From an uncultured bacterium (GTDB lineage Bacteria > Bacillota_I > Bacilli_A > RFN20 > CAG-826): a stretch of 64,000 bases of DNA. Position 1 is the stretch's first letter. Each line of letters opens with the position of its first letter. Made by a program: the position numbers and the translations under genes. Shown in pieces: positions 10,582-19,781 of the stretch. The notes under the pieces were generated by a model. That model had not been told where the DNA came from. It did no database searches and worked only from the letters and a program-made list of their open reading frames with translations. The DNA is taken from positions 132,473 to 196,472 of the forward strand of contig CASFTG010000003.1 in assembly GCA_949297805.1 (NCBI GenBank), read 5' to 3'.

Positions 10582-11886
10582 ATGAAAAATAGGTTTCTAG
10601 CAATCGACATCGGCGCCTCTTCTGGTAGGGCGATTCTTTCGTCGGAGGCGGACGGTTTGCTCACTTGCGAGGAGGTTTATCGTTTCCCTAATGGCCCGCT
10701 TATGCAAGATGGCCATTTGGTTTGGGATATCCAACGGCTACTAAACGAAATCGAAAACGGGATAAGGGCCGCCTTTAAGGTTTGCCCGGATATCCGAAGC
10801 CTTTCTATTGATACTTGGGGCTGCGATTACGTCTTGCTTAAAGGCGATAAGGTCGTTTATCCCGCCTATTGCTACCGTGATTCTCGGACTGAAAAGGTCA
10901 TCGAGGAAGTCCACAAGCTCGCCCCTTTTTCCGAACTTTATGGCCTAACTGGCATCCAATTCCAACCATTTAATACCTTATATCAACTTTATGAGGATAA
11001 GGTGAACGGGAGGTTAGAGGGCGTCACCGACTTCTTGATGCTGCCGGAGTACTTTTCCTATCGGTTAACGGGGGTTAAGAAGAAGGAATACACCAACGCC
11101 ACCACGACCGGTTTAGTTGGGACGGATGGCGAGTTTGCCTCTTTGATTATCGATCGGCTCGGTCTTCCATCGCATCTTTTTCCCAAACTCAGCCAACCCG
11201 GAACGATCGTCGGGACGGTTCTCCCTGAGGTTGCGGCTGAACTCGGCGGGGATTGTCTTGTTAAACTTTGCGCTTCCCATGATACCGCTTCGGCGGTTGA
11301 GGGGGTGGTGCTCCCTAGCGACGCTCTTTATCTTTCTTCCGGCACTTGGTCGTTGCTCGGAGCCAAAGTCGAAACCCCGATCACGACCGAAGTGGCTCGT
11401 GCCTGTAACTTCTCCAATGAAGGCGGGCCCGGGTATATCCGGTTTCAAAAGAACATCATGGGAATGTGGGTCATTAACCGACTCAAGGATGAACTTTGCC
11501 CAGCGGAAGACTTCGCTTACGTCATCAAATTGGCTAAGCAAAGCCGTTCCAAGAAGACGGTTGCGATCAATGGGCCAGCCTATTTAGCCCCCGTCTCGAT
11601 GAGGCAAACTATCGAAGCGGAAATTGGGGAAGGGGAACTGCCTCCGAGCGAGTTATTCCGCATCGCCTTCAATTCCTTGGCGAAGTCTTATGCCGACACC
11701 ATCAAGCAAATTGAAGACATCACCCATAAATCATTCGATTCCCTCGTCATCTTCGGCGGCGGGGCCAAAAACGGCTTCCTCAACGAGTTGACTGAGCGGA
11801 TATCCGGCAAGCGGGTCATTGCTTTGCCGGTTGAGGCCACGAGCCTTGGCAATCTAAAAATCCAAATGAAAGGAGATAAAGCATGA
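10582..11886 (+). CDS. rhaB: Rhamnulokinase (FGGY carbohydrate kinase)
   Basis: N-terminus AIDIGASSGRAIL. FGGY-type C-terminus FGGGAKNGFLNEL. Lies immediately upstream of rhaA and rhaD. Confidence 0.85.
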   Translation: MKNRFLAIDIGASSGRAILSSEADGLLTCEEVYRFPNGPLMQDGHLVWDIQRLLNEIENGIRAAFKVCPDIRSLSIDTWGCDYVLLKGDKVVYPAYCYRDSRTEKVIEEVHKLAPFSELYGLTGIQFQPFNTLYQLYEDKVNGRLEGVTDFLMLPEYFSYRLTGVKKKEYTNATTTGLVGTDGEFASLIIDRLGLPSHLFPKLSQPGTIVGTVLPEVAAELGGDCLVKLCASHDTASAVEGVVLPSDALYLSSGTWSLLGAKVETPITTEVARACNFSNEGGPGYIRFQKNIMGMWVINRLKDELCPAEDFAYVIKLAKQSRSKKTVAINGPAYLAPVSMRQTIEAEIGEGELPPSELFRIAFNSLAKSYADTIKQIEDITHKSFDSLVIFGGGAKNGFLNELTERISGKRVIALPVEATSLGNLKIQMKGDKA

Positions 11887-13127
11887 CTGACAAGTATTTA
11901 TTGGCGAAGGAGGAATACGCCAAAGCTGGCGTCGACATCGACGCCGCCATCGCCCGGATCAAGGAGATCCCCATCTCGATCCATTGCTGGCAAGGGGATG
12001 ATGTCATCGGCTTCGATGGGTCCGATTCTTTAGAAGGCGGGATCCAGACGACCGGCAATTACCCGGGACGGGCTCGGAATTTCGCAGAGCTGAAAGCCGA
12101 CCTCCATGAGGCTTTCTCCCTCATCCCGGGGAAGAAACGGCTCAACCTCCATGCCTCCTATGCCATCCTTAACGGCGAAAAGGTGGAACGGGACGCCTAT
12201 CGTCCTGAACACTTCGCCCCTTGGGTTGAATTTGCCAAAGAGGAAGGACTCGATGGGATTGATTTCAACCCGACTCTCTTCTCGAGCCCCCATATGAAAG
12301 ACGGGGTGTCTTTATCTTCTCCGGATGAAGAAACGAGGAAATTCTGGGTCCGCCACTGCCAAGCCTGTATCCGGATTTCGGAATATTTCGCTAAGGAAAT
12401 GGGAAGCCACTGCCTAATGAACATCTGGATTCCCGATGGGTATAAGGATGTGCCCGCCGATCGATTAGGGCCGCGCCTCCGCTTGAAAAAGAGCCTCGAT
12501 GAAATCCTTTCAATCGGCTATGACCGTAGCCTTGTCAAAGTCGCGGTCGAGAGCAAGGTATTCGGCATTGGGCTCGAATCCTATACTGTTGGCAATTCCG
12601 AATTCTATATGAATTATGCGGCGAAGAATAACCTTTGCTGCCTATTGGATAATGGCCATTACCACCCCTTAGAATACGTGAGCGATAAGATTCCTTCCTT
12701 GATCGCTTTCTATGATAACGTTGCTCTCCATGTCACGCGGGGAGTCCGTTGGGACTCCGATCACGTGGTCACCTTTGAGGATGAACTGAAAGAGATCGCT
12801 AAGGAAATCATCCGGAATGAGGCCGATAAGAAAGTCATGATTGGCTTGGATTATTTCGATGCCTCGATCAACCGGATCGCCGCGTGGGTCACCGGGGCGC
12901 GGAATATGGAGAAGGCGTTGCTTTATGCGGCCTTAATAAACAATAAGAAGTTGAAGGAACTGCAGGATCAAGGCGACTTCACCACCCTCTTCGTCGAGAC
13001 CGAGGCTCTGAAGGATCGGCCATATGGATTGGTCTGGGAAGAATACTTAAAAGAGCAGGGGCTCGAACTTGATTATCTAACCCCGATTAGAGAATACGAA
13101 AAACAAGTCTTAAGCAAGAGGAAATAA
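11883..13127 (+). CDS. rhaA: L-rhamnose isomerase
   Basis: 414 aa with IHCWQGDDVIGFDG and the conserved metal-binding region. The ATG overlaps the rhaB stop (ATGA). Confidence 0.9.
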   Translation: MTDKYLLAKEEYAKAGVDIDAAIARIKEIPISIHCWQGDDVIGFDGSDSLEGGIQTTGNYPGRARNFAELKADLHEAFSLIPGKKRLNLHASYAILNGEKVERDAYRPEHFAPWVEFAKEEGLDGIDFNPTLFSSPHMKDGVSLSSPDEETRKFWVRHCQACIRISEYFAKEMGSHCLMNIWIPDGYKDVPADRLGPRLRLKKSLDEILSIGYDRSLVKVAVESKVFGIGLESYTVGNSEFYMNYAAKNNLCCLLDNGHYHPLEYVSDKIPSLIAFYDNVALHVTRGVRWDSDHVVTFEDELKEIAKEIIRNEADKKVMIGLDYFDASINRIAAWVTGARNMEKALLYAALINNKKLKELQDQGDFTTLFVETEALKDRPYGLVWEEYLKEQGLELDYLTPIREYEKQVLSKRK

Positions 13128-13129
13128 GT

Positions 13130-13960
13130 ATGAAAGACATTTTGGAAAGCCGGTTCTTAAAAGAATTCTGTCTAACCGCCGACAACATGTATCGGCTCGG
13201 CTGGGATGAACGGAACGGGGGCAACATCTCGTTGCTGCTTAAAGACGAGGAGGTCAAGGAATACCTTGATGTCAACTCGGTTAAGCGGGTCATCCCCTTA
13301 ATGGGAGTTCATACGGTCGATTTCGATATCTCGCCCCTTATTGGAAAGTGCTTCCTCGTCACCGGGACCGGCAAGTACTTTAAAAACGTCTTACGGGAAC
13401 CGGAAGTCAACCTCGGCGTCGTCCGGATTCGCGAGGACGGCAAGTCGCTTGATCTGCTTTGGGGATTTGAAGATGGGGGACGGCCGACGAGCGAATTCCC
13501 AGCCCATATGATGAGCCATATCGCCCGGCTTTCAGTCGATCCGGATAATCGGGTGGTGATGCATTGCCATCCGACCTATACCCTAGCCATGAACTTCGTC
13601 CATCCCCTTGATGAGAAGCTCTTCACCAAAGACCTCTGGCGGATGTGCACCGAATGCGTCGTCGTCTTCCCCGATGGAATCGGGGTCTTGCCTTGGATGC
13701 TCTGCGGGACGACTGAAATTGGGAAAGCAACCGCCGAGAAGATGAAGGAATACCGGCTGGTCGTCTGGGCGATGCACGGGATCTATGGGGCGGGTAAGGA
13801 CTTAGACGAAACCTTCGGCCTCATCGAGACGGTCGAAAAAGCGGCCCAGATATACATGCTGACCTTCGATAAGCCCCAGTGCAACACCATCAGCGATGAC
13901 AACATGAAGCAACTGGTTGACTTGTTCGCAGTCAAAGTAAAAGAGGGCTATCTTGATTAA
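13130..13960 (+). CDS. rhaD: Rhamnulose-1-phosphate aldolase (class II aldolase)
   Basis: 276 aa. It has a class II aldolase/adducin fold signature (HCHPTY, MHGIYGAG) and follows rhaA. Confidence 0.9.
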   Translation: MKDILESRFLKEFCLTADNMYRLGWDERNGGNISLLLKDEEVKEYLDVNSVKRVIPLMGVHTVDFDISPLIGKCFLVTGTGKYFKNVLREPEVNLGVVRIREDGKSLDLLWGFEDGGRPTSEFPAHMMSHIARLSVDPDNRVVMHCHPTYTLAMNFVHPLDEKLFTKDLWRMCTECVVVFPDGIGVLPWMLCGTTEIGKATAEKMKEYRLVVWAMHGIYGAGKDLDETFGLIETVEKAAQIYMLTFDKPQCNTISDDNMKQLVDLFAVKVKEGYLD

Positions 13961-13967
13961 CGTTCTT

Positions 13968-14000
13968 CCCCGTTTAGCTCGCTAGACGGGGATTTCTTTT
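13968..14000 (+). terminator. Rho-independent terminator after rhaD
   Basis: Hairpin CCCCGTTTAGCTCGCTAGACGGGG followed by ATTTCTTTT. Confidence 0.6.
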
Positions 14001-14052
14001 GCCTTATTTCAGTCTTCGGCGGTTTAATTAATCGAATAGGAAGGAAGAAACC

Positions 14053-14817
14053 ATGAAAAGAGTTACCTTAGTGACTGGTGCTGCCTCCGGCCTTGGCAAA
14101 GAATTCGCGAAGCTTTACGCTCGTGATGGGCACGCCTTAGTCTTGGTCGACAAAGACGAGGAAGGATTGAAGAAAGTCGGGACGGAACTGGGTGGGGATA
14201 TCGATATCCTGCCGGCTGATCTGACCAAGCGGGAAGAGCTGGAAAAAGTGTTCGACCATTGCCGATCGAGTGGCTATTTCGTTAATTATCTACTTAACGT
14301 CGCCGGGTTCGGGGATCGTTGCGACTTTAAGGATATGGCCATCGCCAAACAACTCGACATGACTGAAGTCAACTGCAACGCCGTCTTCTATTTCACCCGC
14401 GTTTTCTTAACCGACATGCTGAAAAACGATGAAGGGCATATCATCAACGTCTCTTCGATCGCCGGCTTCTACCCCGGGCCTTATATGTGCACCTACCATG
14501 CGACCAAGGGGTTCGTCTTGCTACTTGGCGAATCAATTGCCTATGAGTTAAAGAAAACCAACGTCAAATTGTTGACCCTTTGCCCGGGTCCGTTCAATTC
14601 GGCGTTTGTTAGCAAAGCCCATAACGATTACACCTTCTCGAAGATCAAGCCGGTGTCGGCCGAATATGTCGCTAAGTTTGGCTATAAGAAATCGAAGAAA
14701 GGGAAAACTCTGGCCGTCATTGGTTTTAAGAATAAGTTAACCGTCTTTGCCTCGCGCTTCGTCTCGCGGAAATTCATCGCCAAGACCAGCGCGAAAACGA
14801 TGAAGAAAGACGCTTAG
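14053..14817 (+). CDS. SDR-family short-chain oxidoreductase
   Basis: TGAASGLGKEF Rossmann motif, YxxxK active-site pattern (YHATK). A GGAAGGAAG RBS precedes it. Confidence 0.8.
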   Translation: MKRVTLVTGAASGLGKEFAKLYARDGHALVLVDKDEEGLKKVGTELGGDIDILPADLTKREELEKVFDHCRSSGYFVNYLLNVAGFGDRCDFKDMAIAKQLDMTEVNCNAVFYFTRVFLTDMLKNDEGHIINVSSIAGFYPGPYMCTYHATKGFVLLLGESIAYELKKTNVKLLTLCPGPFNSAFVSKAHNDYTFSKIKPVSAEYVAKFGYKKSKKGKTLAVIGFKNKLTVFASRFVSRKFIAKTSAKTMKKDA

Positions 14818-15590
14818 AAGCTGGCTTCGACCGCGGCTTTGGCGGCTTGTTCAATGATATCGAGGTTGGCTTTGACTTTATCGGGCAAAGCCGTGGTTTT
14901 GATTTCGCTGATCGGGAAATAGCCATAGAGGGTATAAGCCCAGGTCAAGCTGACTAAAAACCGCCCAACGTCAAAGGACATATGGAAGCCATCGCGGGTG
15001 ATGGTATCGCCAAGCCGGCTCTTCCGGAGGTTTTGGACCGCGATGCCGGAGGGGATGACGCCGGCGAATTCCTTATTAACCAATACCTTCTCCTTCACCG
15101 TCTTGATGATGGCTTCGAGCATTTCCTTTTGGCTATGGTGATAGAGAGGGAAGTCCCAGTGAGTCGAGTCGGCTTGATAAGCCCAGGTCATTTGCCAAAG
15201 CAACTTAAAGTCGGGGTTGGGGCAACGTTCCCGAAGATACTTGATGATAGAAGGCAGGTCGCCATAGGTCGAGGGGACGCCCGAATGCCCGCTGTATTGC
15301 TGAAGGGTCAAGACATCCCATTTCCTTTCTGTTAAGGCCTTCTCCAAGGTGTAGTCCGGATGGTCATCGAGCCCATCGTAACGATAGACCCGATAGGAGT
15401 AGTCGGGGATGTTGTTTTGGATGTTCTTATAATGCCGTTCCAAGGAGCAGCCCCCGATATATAGGTTCCCGATATGGAGTTCCTTAACCCCGTGATCCTT
15501 TAGAATCGGGAATAAATAGTCGACCGCATCGTCAGAAAAGGAATTGCCGATGCAAAGCAAAGAAAGCGAATCTTTATTTGTCAAAATCAT
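14814..15590 (-). CDS. DUF4886/SGNH-hydrolase-like protein
   Basis: CIGNSFSDD block near the N-terminus (GDS(L)-like). I chose the start MILTNKD because a GGAGGT RBS sits 7 nt upstream. A longer in-frame start at 15659 (MCSLFFGLLIF..., signal-peptide-like) remains possible. Confidence 0.6.
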   Translation of the reverse strand: MILTNKDSLSLLCIGNSFSDDAVDYLFPILKDHGVKELHIGNLYIGGCSLERHYKNIQNNIPDYSYRVYRYDGLDDHPDYTLEKALTERKWDVLTLQQYSGHSGVPSTYGDLPSIIKYLRERCPNPDFKLLWQMTWAYQADSTHWDFPLYHHSQKEMLEAIIKTVKEKVLVNKEFAGVIPSGIAVQNLRKSRLGDTITRDGFHMSFDVGRFLVSLTWAYTLYGYFPISEIKTTALPDKVKANLDIIEQAAKAAVEASF

Positions 15591-15708
15591 CGTTTTGACC
15601 TCCGCGGTTAATAGTAGGGGAGAGCGAAAGATAAGTAAACCGAAAAAAAGACTACACAAAGTCTATTTTGTCTATTACACTACGTTTGTATCAAAAGGAA
15701 AGACATTC

Positions 15709-16266
15709 ATGGACAGAAGAATCATCCGGACGACCGACGTTATCCGCCGTTACGTCCTCAAAGCCCTTAAGACCAAAAGACGTGGCGACATCAGCGTCTC
15801 CGACATCTGCAAGGGGTGCAACCTCTCCCGCTCGACCTTCTACCTCCATTACCACTCGGTCAGCGACGTGGTTGAGGAAATCGCCGATAAGCAGATCGCC
15901 GAGTTCAAACGGATCGCGATGACTTACATCGGGCGGAGCGAGGAGACGGTCCTCCACATCGGGGCCCACATCCGGAAGAATAGCGACGAGCTCTCGGTCA
16001 TCCTTGATAACGTCCCGGGCTATTTTGCTAATAAAATGGTCGAGTTGGTTGAGCCGGTCCTACTAAGCCAAGATGGGTTCGACGCCGACGCCAAGGCCAC
16101 CCGTTACTTCTCCATCTTCATCATCTATGGCTGCATGGGCATGTTCTCCCGCTGGCTGAACTCGGGAAGGGACATCACCGCGGTCGAACTGATCCGGAAG
16201 TTCATCGATTACTTCACCATCTTCAAGAATCAGAATCTCCTCCATAAAGACGCAGAAGCCCAATAA
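15709..16266 (+). CDS. TetR/AcrR-family transcriptional regulator
   Basis: N-terminal HTH (ISVSDICKGCNLSRSTFYLHY). I picked the ATG at 15709 because an AAAGGAAAG RBS precedes it, rather than the longer ORF-track start at 15544. Confidence 0.8.
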   Translation: MDRRIIRTTDVIRRYVLKALKTKRRGDISVSDICKGCNLSRSTFYLHYHSVSDVVEEIADKQIAEFKRIAMTYIGRSEETVLHIGAHIRKNSDELSVILDNVPGYFANKMVELVEPVLLSQDGFDADAKATRYFSIFIIYGCMGMFSRWLNSGRDITAVELIRKFIDYFTIFKNQNLLHKDAEAQ

Positions 16267-16284
16267 TTTGGCTAAAAGTAATTA

Positions 16285-16314
16285 AACCCAGCCGTTTGCT
16301 GGGTTTTCTTTTTT
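16285..16314 (+). terminator. Rho-independent terminator after the TetR gene
   Basis: AAACCCAGCCGTTTGCTGGGTT followed by TTCTTTTTT. Confidence 0.6.
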
Positions 16315-16366
16315 CATTTATTTCGTCCTCTTTTTGCGGGCTTCCTTTCCCACCCCATTTATTGCT

Positions 16367-16382
16367 TAGCCTAAATAGGCTA
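16367..16382. promoter_or_regulatory. Perfect 16-bp palindrome (candidate operator) overlapping a TAAAAT -10 box
   Basis: TAGCCTAAATAGGCTA (arms TAGCCTA/TAGGCTA). TAAAAT lies at 16381-16386, and the downstream ATG (16395) follows only 8 nt later, so the transcript is probably leaderless. Confidence 0.35.
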
Positions 16383-16394
16383 AAATAGACTGGT

Positions 16395-17828
16395 ATGGCC
16401 GAAAACGCAGTCCGGATAAAAGGGGGAAGGAAAAACACCAAGTATTTCCTCTATATTGCCATCGTCTTGATCGCGACCGCCCTTTCCTTGTTCTTCGCCC
16501 TCAATGGACAGTTCGATGAGGTCATCGAGTCCTTACGGACCGCTGACTGGCGTTACATCCTCCTGATCCTTGGCTTGGTTTTCTTTTCCTATTGCATCGA
16601 TGGCTTGATCATCTTGATCTTCTGCCGCCTTTATACCCGAAAGTATAAGTTCCACCAGGGGCTCGCCGCCTCCTTGGTCGGGCAGTTTTATTCCAACGTC
16701 ACCCCCGGCTCCTCCGGCGGGCAGGTCATGCAATGCTATACCCTTAAAAGCCAAGGGGTGGCGGTGAGCAACGCCGCCTCGATCTTCGTTATGTGGTTCA
16801 TCCTTTTCCAATCGGCTTTGATTGGGCTCGATATCGTCGCCTTCTTCTTCGAGATGGATGTCATCCTCTTGGCTCCCACCTATCAAATCCCCGGGACTAG
16901 CTTTTATTTGCCGATGGTGCCCCTGGTGGTGATTGGCTTCTTGCTTAATATCTCGGTCATCTTCCTCTTGGTGGTCATGTCCTATTCCCACCGGTTCCAT
17001 AATTTCATCATCCATTACGTCATCGGTTTCTTGGGTAAGATCCATCTGATTAAGCATCCTGATCGAACCCGCGAATCGGTTCGGATCCAGGTCGAGAACT
17101 TCAAAATCGAGCTCCGGCGCTTAATGTCGAATATTCCGGTTTTGATTTTGCAGTTGGTCCTCTTTTTGCTGATGTTGGTGGTCCGCAACGCCATTCCATA
17201 TTTCTCCGGATTATCAATCGGGGCTTATGAGTATTCAACCAGGCAACTTATCCATTCAATCTTCCTCTCCGCTTTCCATCAAATGGTGACCGGGCTGATT
17301 CCGCTTCCGGGGTCGGCTGGGGTTTCGGAGTTCTTCTTCAACGCCCTTTTCTCGACCATGATCCCCGATACCACCTTATTGGCCTCGGCGCAGATTATTT
17401 GGCGGACCGCCACCTTCCATTTGATGTTCCTTGTCTCGGGGTTAACGGCCGCCTTATACCGTTCCCGTCCGAAAGAGCCGATGCATTATGCCAACCGGCA
17501 GACCTTCGTCGATATCCAGCTCGCCACCTACGAAGAACGGAAGAAGAGCTCCGATACTTTGTTTGAGACCCGGCAATTGTCGAGGCGGGCCATTCAAAGA
17601 CGGATCGGCGAAAGCTTTGCTAAAAAAGAGAAGAACGATACCGCGGAAATCAAATTGCCAGATGAGATTTCCTCTTTTACCCTTGAAGAACCAGTAAGCG
17701 AGCCGGCTAAGGAGACACCAGCCCCGGTTAAAAAGGTTAAGATAAAGAAGGAAAAACCGGTTAAGGTGAAAAAGAAAAAGGCCGAGGCTATGCCAGCCGA
17801 GGATTCCTGGGAGCATTGGGATATATGA
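16395..17828 (+). CDS. Lysylphosphatidylglycerol-synthase-TM-like (UPF0104, flippase-like) membrane protein with a polybasic C-terminal tail
   Basis: Multi-TM protein carrying the TPGSSGG motif typical of the MprF TM/flippase domain family. The tail is KKVKIKKEKPVKVKKKK. Confidence 0.75.
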   Translation: MAENAVRIKGGRKNTKYFLYIAIVLIATALSLFFALNGQFDEVIESLRTADWRYILLILGLVFFSYCIDGLIILIFCRLYTRKYKFHQGLAASLVGQFYSNVTPGSSGGQVMQCYTLKSQGVAVSNAASIFVMWFILFQSALIGLDIVAFFFEMDVILLAPTYQIPGTSFYLPMVPLVVIGFLLNISVIFLLVVMSYSHRFHNFIIHYVIGFLGKIHLIKHPDRTRESVRIQVENFKIELRRLMSNIPVLILQLVLFLLMLVVRNAIPYFSGLSIGAYEYSTRQLIHSIFLSAFHQMVTGLIPLPGSAGVSEFFFNALFSTMIPDTTLLASAQIIWRTATFHLMFLVSGLTAALYRSRPKEPMHYANRQTFVDIQLATYEERKKSSDTLFETRQLSRRAIQRRIGESFAKKEKNDTAEIKLPDEISSFTLEEPVSEPAKETPAPVKKVKIKKEKPVKVKKKKAEAMPAEDSWEHWDI

Positions 17829-19000
17829 AGATCGCGTTATTCTCTGATACCTATCCCCCGGAGATCAATGGGGTCGCGACCTCGACCTATAACCTGCGTA
17901 AGGCGATGGAAAGCCATGGCCATAAGGTGTTGGTGGTGACCACCAATCCCTTTTCGAAGGAAGTGAGTTTTGAGGGCGGGGTCATTCGCTTACCCGGTCT
18001 TCGGTTGAAGCGTCTTTATGACTACCGCCTTTCCTCTTTCTACAACAAGACGGCGATGCGGATCATCGTCAACTTCCGACCGGACATTGTCCATTGCCAG
18101 CATGACGTCGGGGTCTCAATCTTCGGCAATCTGGTGGCCTCGAAGCTCAAGATCGGCTCGGTCTATACCTTCCATACCCTTTATGAAGACTATGCCTATT
18201 ACGTGACCAAAGGCCATTTCGATCGGTTTGCCCGCCAAGCCATCCGTCTTTATTTCCGAGGCAAGACGGGGCTTTACGATGAATTCATCGCCCCCAGTAT
18301 CAAGACCAAGGACTACCTCCGCTCAATCGGCATCGATTCGACCGTCACCGTCATCCCGACCGGGATTGAGTTTGAACGGTTCTCCCCTTTAAACGAAGAC
18401 AAAGCCAAGACGGCCGAACTTCGGCAGCAATTCGGCTTGGCTAGCGATGACTTCATCGTCTTATCGCTGGGCCGGATTGCTAAGGAGAAGTCGATTGATG
18501 TGGTCATCAATGGGTTTGCCTGCTTTTTGAAGCGGTATCCCAACGTCAAGGCTAAGATGCTCGTCACCGGCTGGGGGCCGGCGGAAAAAGAACTGCAAAC
18601 TCTTTCCCAAACCCTGCAAATCGCCGATAAAGTGATTTTTACTGGCAAATGCGCGCCGGAGAATACCCAATGGTTTTATCATCTAGGCAACGTCTTCGCT
18701 TCCGCCTCTTTGACCGAGACGCAGGGCCTAACTTTCATGGAGGCGATGGCCGCCCATCTGCCGGTTCTGGCCCGTTATGATGATAACCTATCGGGAACGG
18801 TGCAAGACGGGATCAATGGCTTCTTCTTCGCCGATGAAGAGGACTTCGCCACTAAGTTGAAGCGGATCTATGATCTCGGGGCCGAAGGACGAAAGAAGCT
18901 TGGCAATACCGCGAGCGATTCCATCGAGGAATATTCGATGGAGAAGTTCTATGCCAATGTCTATGAGGTGTATAAACGTGTCGTCAAGAAGTGCTGGTGA
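17825..19000 (+). CDS. GT4 glycosyltransferase, likely a diacylglycerol glucosyltransferase (glycolipid synthase)
   Basis: MKIALFSDTYPPEINGVATSTYNL resembles the Acholeplasma-type MGlcDAG synthase N-terminus. It has the EX7E-type GT4 C-domain. I chose the ATG at 17825 (overlapping the upstream stop, ATGA) over the TTG at 17816. Confidence 0.8.
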   Translation: MKIALFSDTYPPEINGVATSTYNLRKAMESHGHKVLVVTTNPFSKEVSFEGGVIRLPGLRLKRLYDYRLSSFYNKTAMRIIVNFRPDIVHCQHDVGVSIFGNLVASKLKIGSVYTFHTLYEDYAYYVTKGHFDRFARQAIRLYFRGKTGLYDEFIAPSIKTKDYLRSIGIDSTVTVIPTGIEFERFSPLNEDKAKTAELRQQFGLASDDFIVLSLGRIAKEKSIDVVINGFACFLKRYPNVKAKMLVTGWGPAEKELQTLSQTLQIADKVIFTGKCAPENTQWFYHLGNVFASASLTETQGLTFMEAMAAHLPVLARYDDNLSGTVQDGINGFFFADEEDFATKLKRIYDLGAEGRKKLGNTASDSIEEYSMEKFYANVYEVYKRVVKKCW

Positions 19001-19781
19001 AGTCTTAATCAAAGAAATTAAGTCAGTGCGGAAAGGGATTGAGGTCAGCTTTTCTGACGGGAATAAGTTGCTATTTAGCCCCGACTCCTATACCGAATTC
19101 CATCTCTATCTCAATAAAGAAGTCGGGCCAGCTGAGTATCGAAAACTGCAGAGTTATGCCGAGTCGGATGCCTTGTATAGTTTTGCTATTTCTTCTCTTT
19201 CCCGTTCGCTTCTTTCGGTAAAGGAGATGCGGGATAAGCTAAACAAGAAGAATAAGGATTCAAAACTCGTTGAGACGGTTATTTCCCGTTTGCTGGCCCA
19301 GCATCTATTAGATGATGAGGCTTACATTAAGGAATATCTGGAATATCGAGCCATGCCTTCTTTATACGGAAAGAAGCGGATTCTCTTCGAATTATCGCGG
19401 AAGGGTATTAGTGAGAAGCGGTTATCGAAGCTTACTTTCCCCGAGGAAAAGGAAATCGAGCGGGCCAAGGAATTCGCAAGCCTTCAAACCGGTAAGCTCG
19501 TTAAATTGCCTTTCGCCATGAAGAAACGAAAACTTCTTTCTTCTTTGCAAGCCCGGGGTTATAGCCTTGAAGTGGCTGAGCAAGCGGTCGCTTCAATCCC
19601 TCTAGAGTTCGATGATAAATTGGAGCAAACCGGCTTAGAAAAGGAATTCAACAAAGCGAAAGCCCATTACGAACGGAAATACGAAGGGTATGATTTAAGG
19701 GAAAGGATTTATGCCGCCTTAGCCCGGAAAGGGTATCGAGGCGAGGATATCCGTAAGATACTGGAGGACAATGATTTATGA
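18979..19781 (+). CDS. recX: RecX family regulatory protein
   Basis: Three helical RecX repeats (YLNKEVGP..., LLDDEAYIKEYLE..., YERKYEGYDLRERIY...). I chose the GTG at 18979 because a GAGGTG RBS lies 8 nt upstream. An ATG at 18963 is the alternative. Confidence 0.7.

Noticed and set aside
15544-15708. Longer ORF-track start (MPMQSKES...) for the TetR gene, and the 18870 start for recX.
   Set aside because: Those extensions overlap the divergent promoter (TetR) or the GT4 coding region in another frame (recX), and lack RBSs. Internal starts with good SD sequences fit better.
16533-17057. 174-aa minus-strand ORF (D/E/H-rich) inside the MprF-TM-like gene.
   Set aside because: Antisense artefact. 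No start context and low-complexity acidic sequence.
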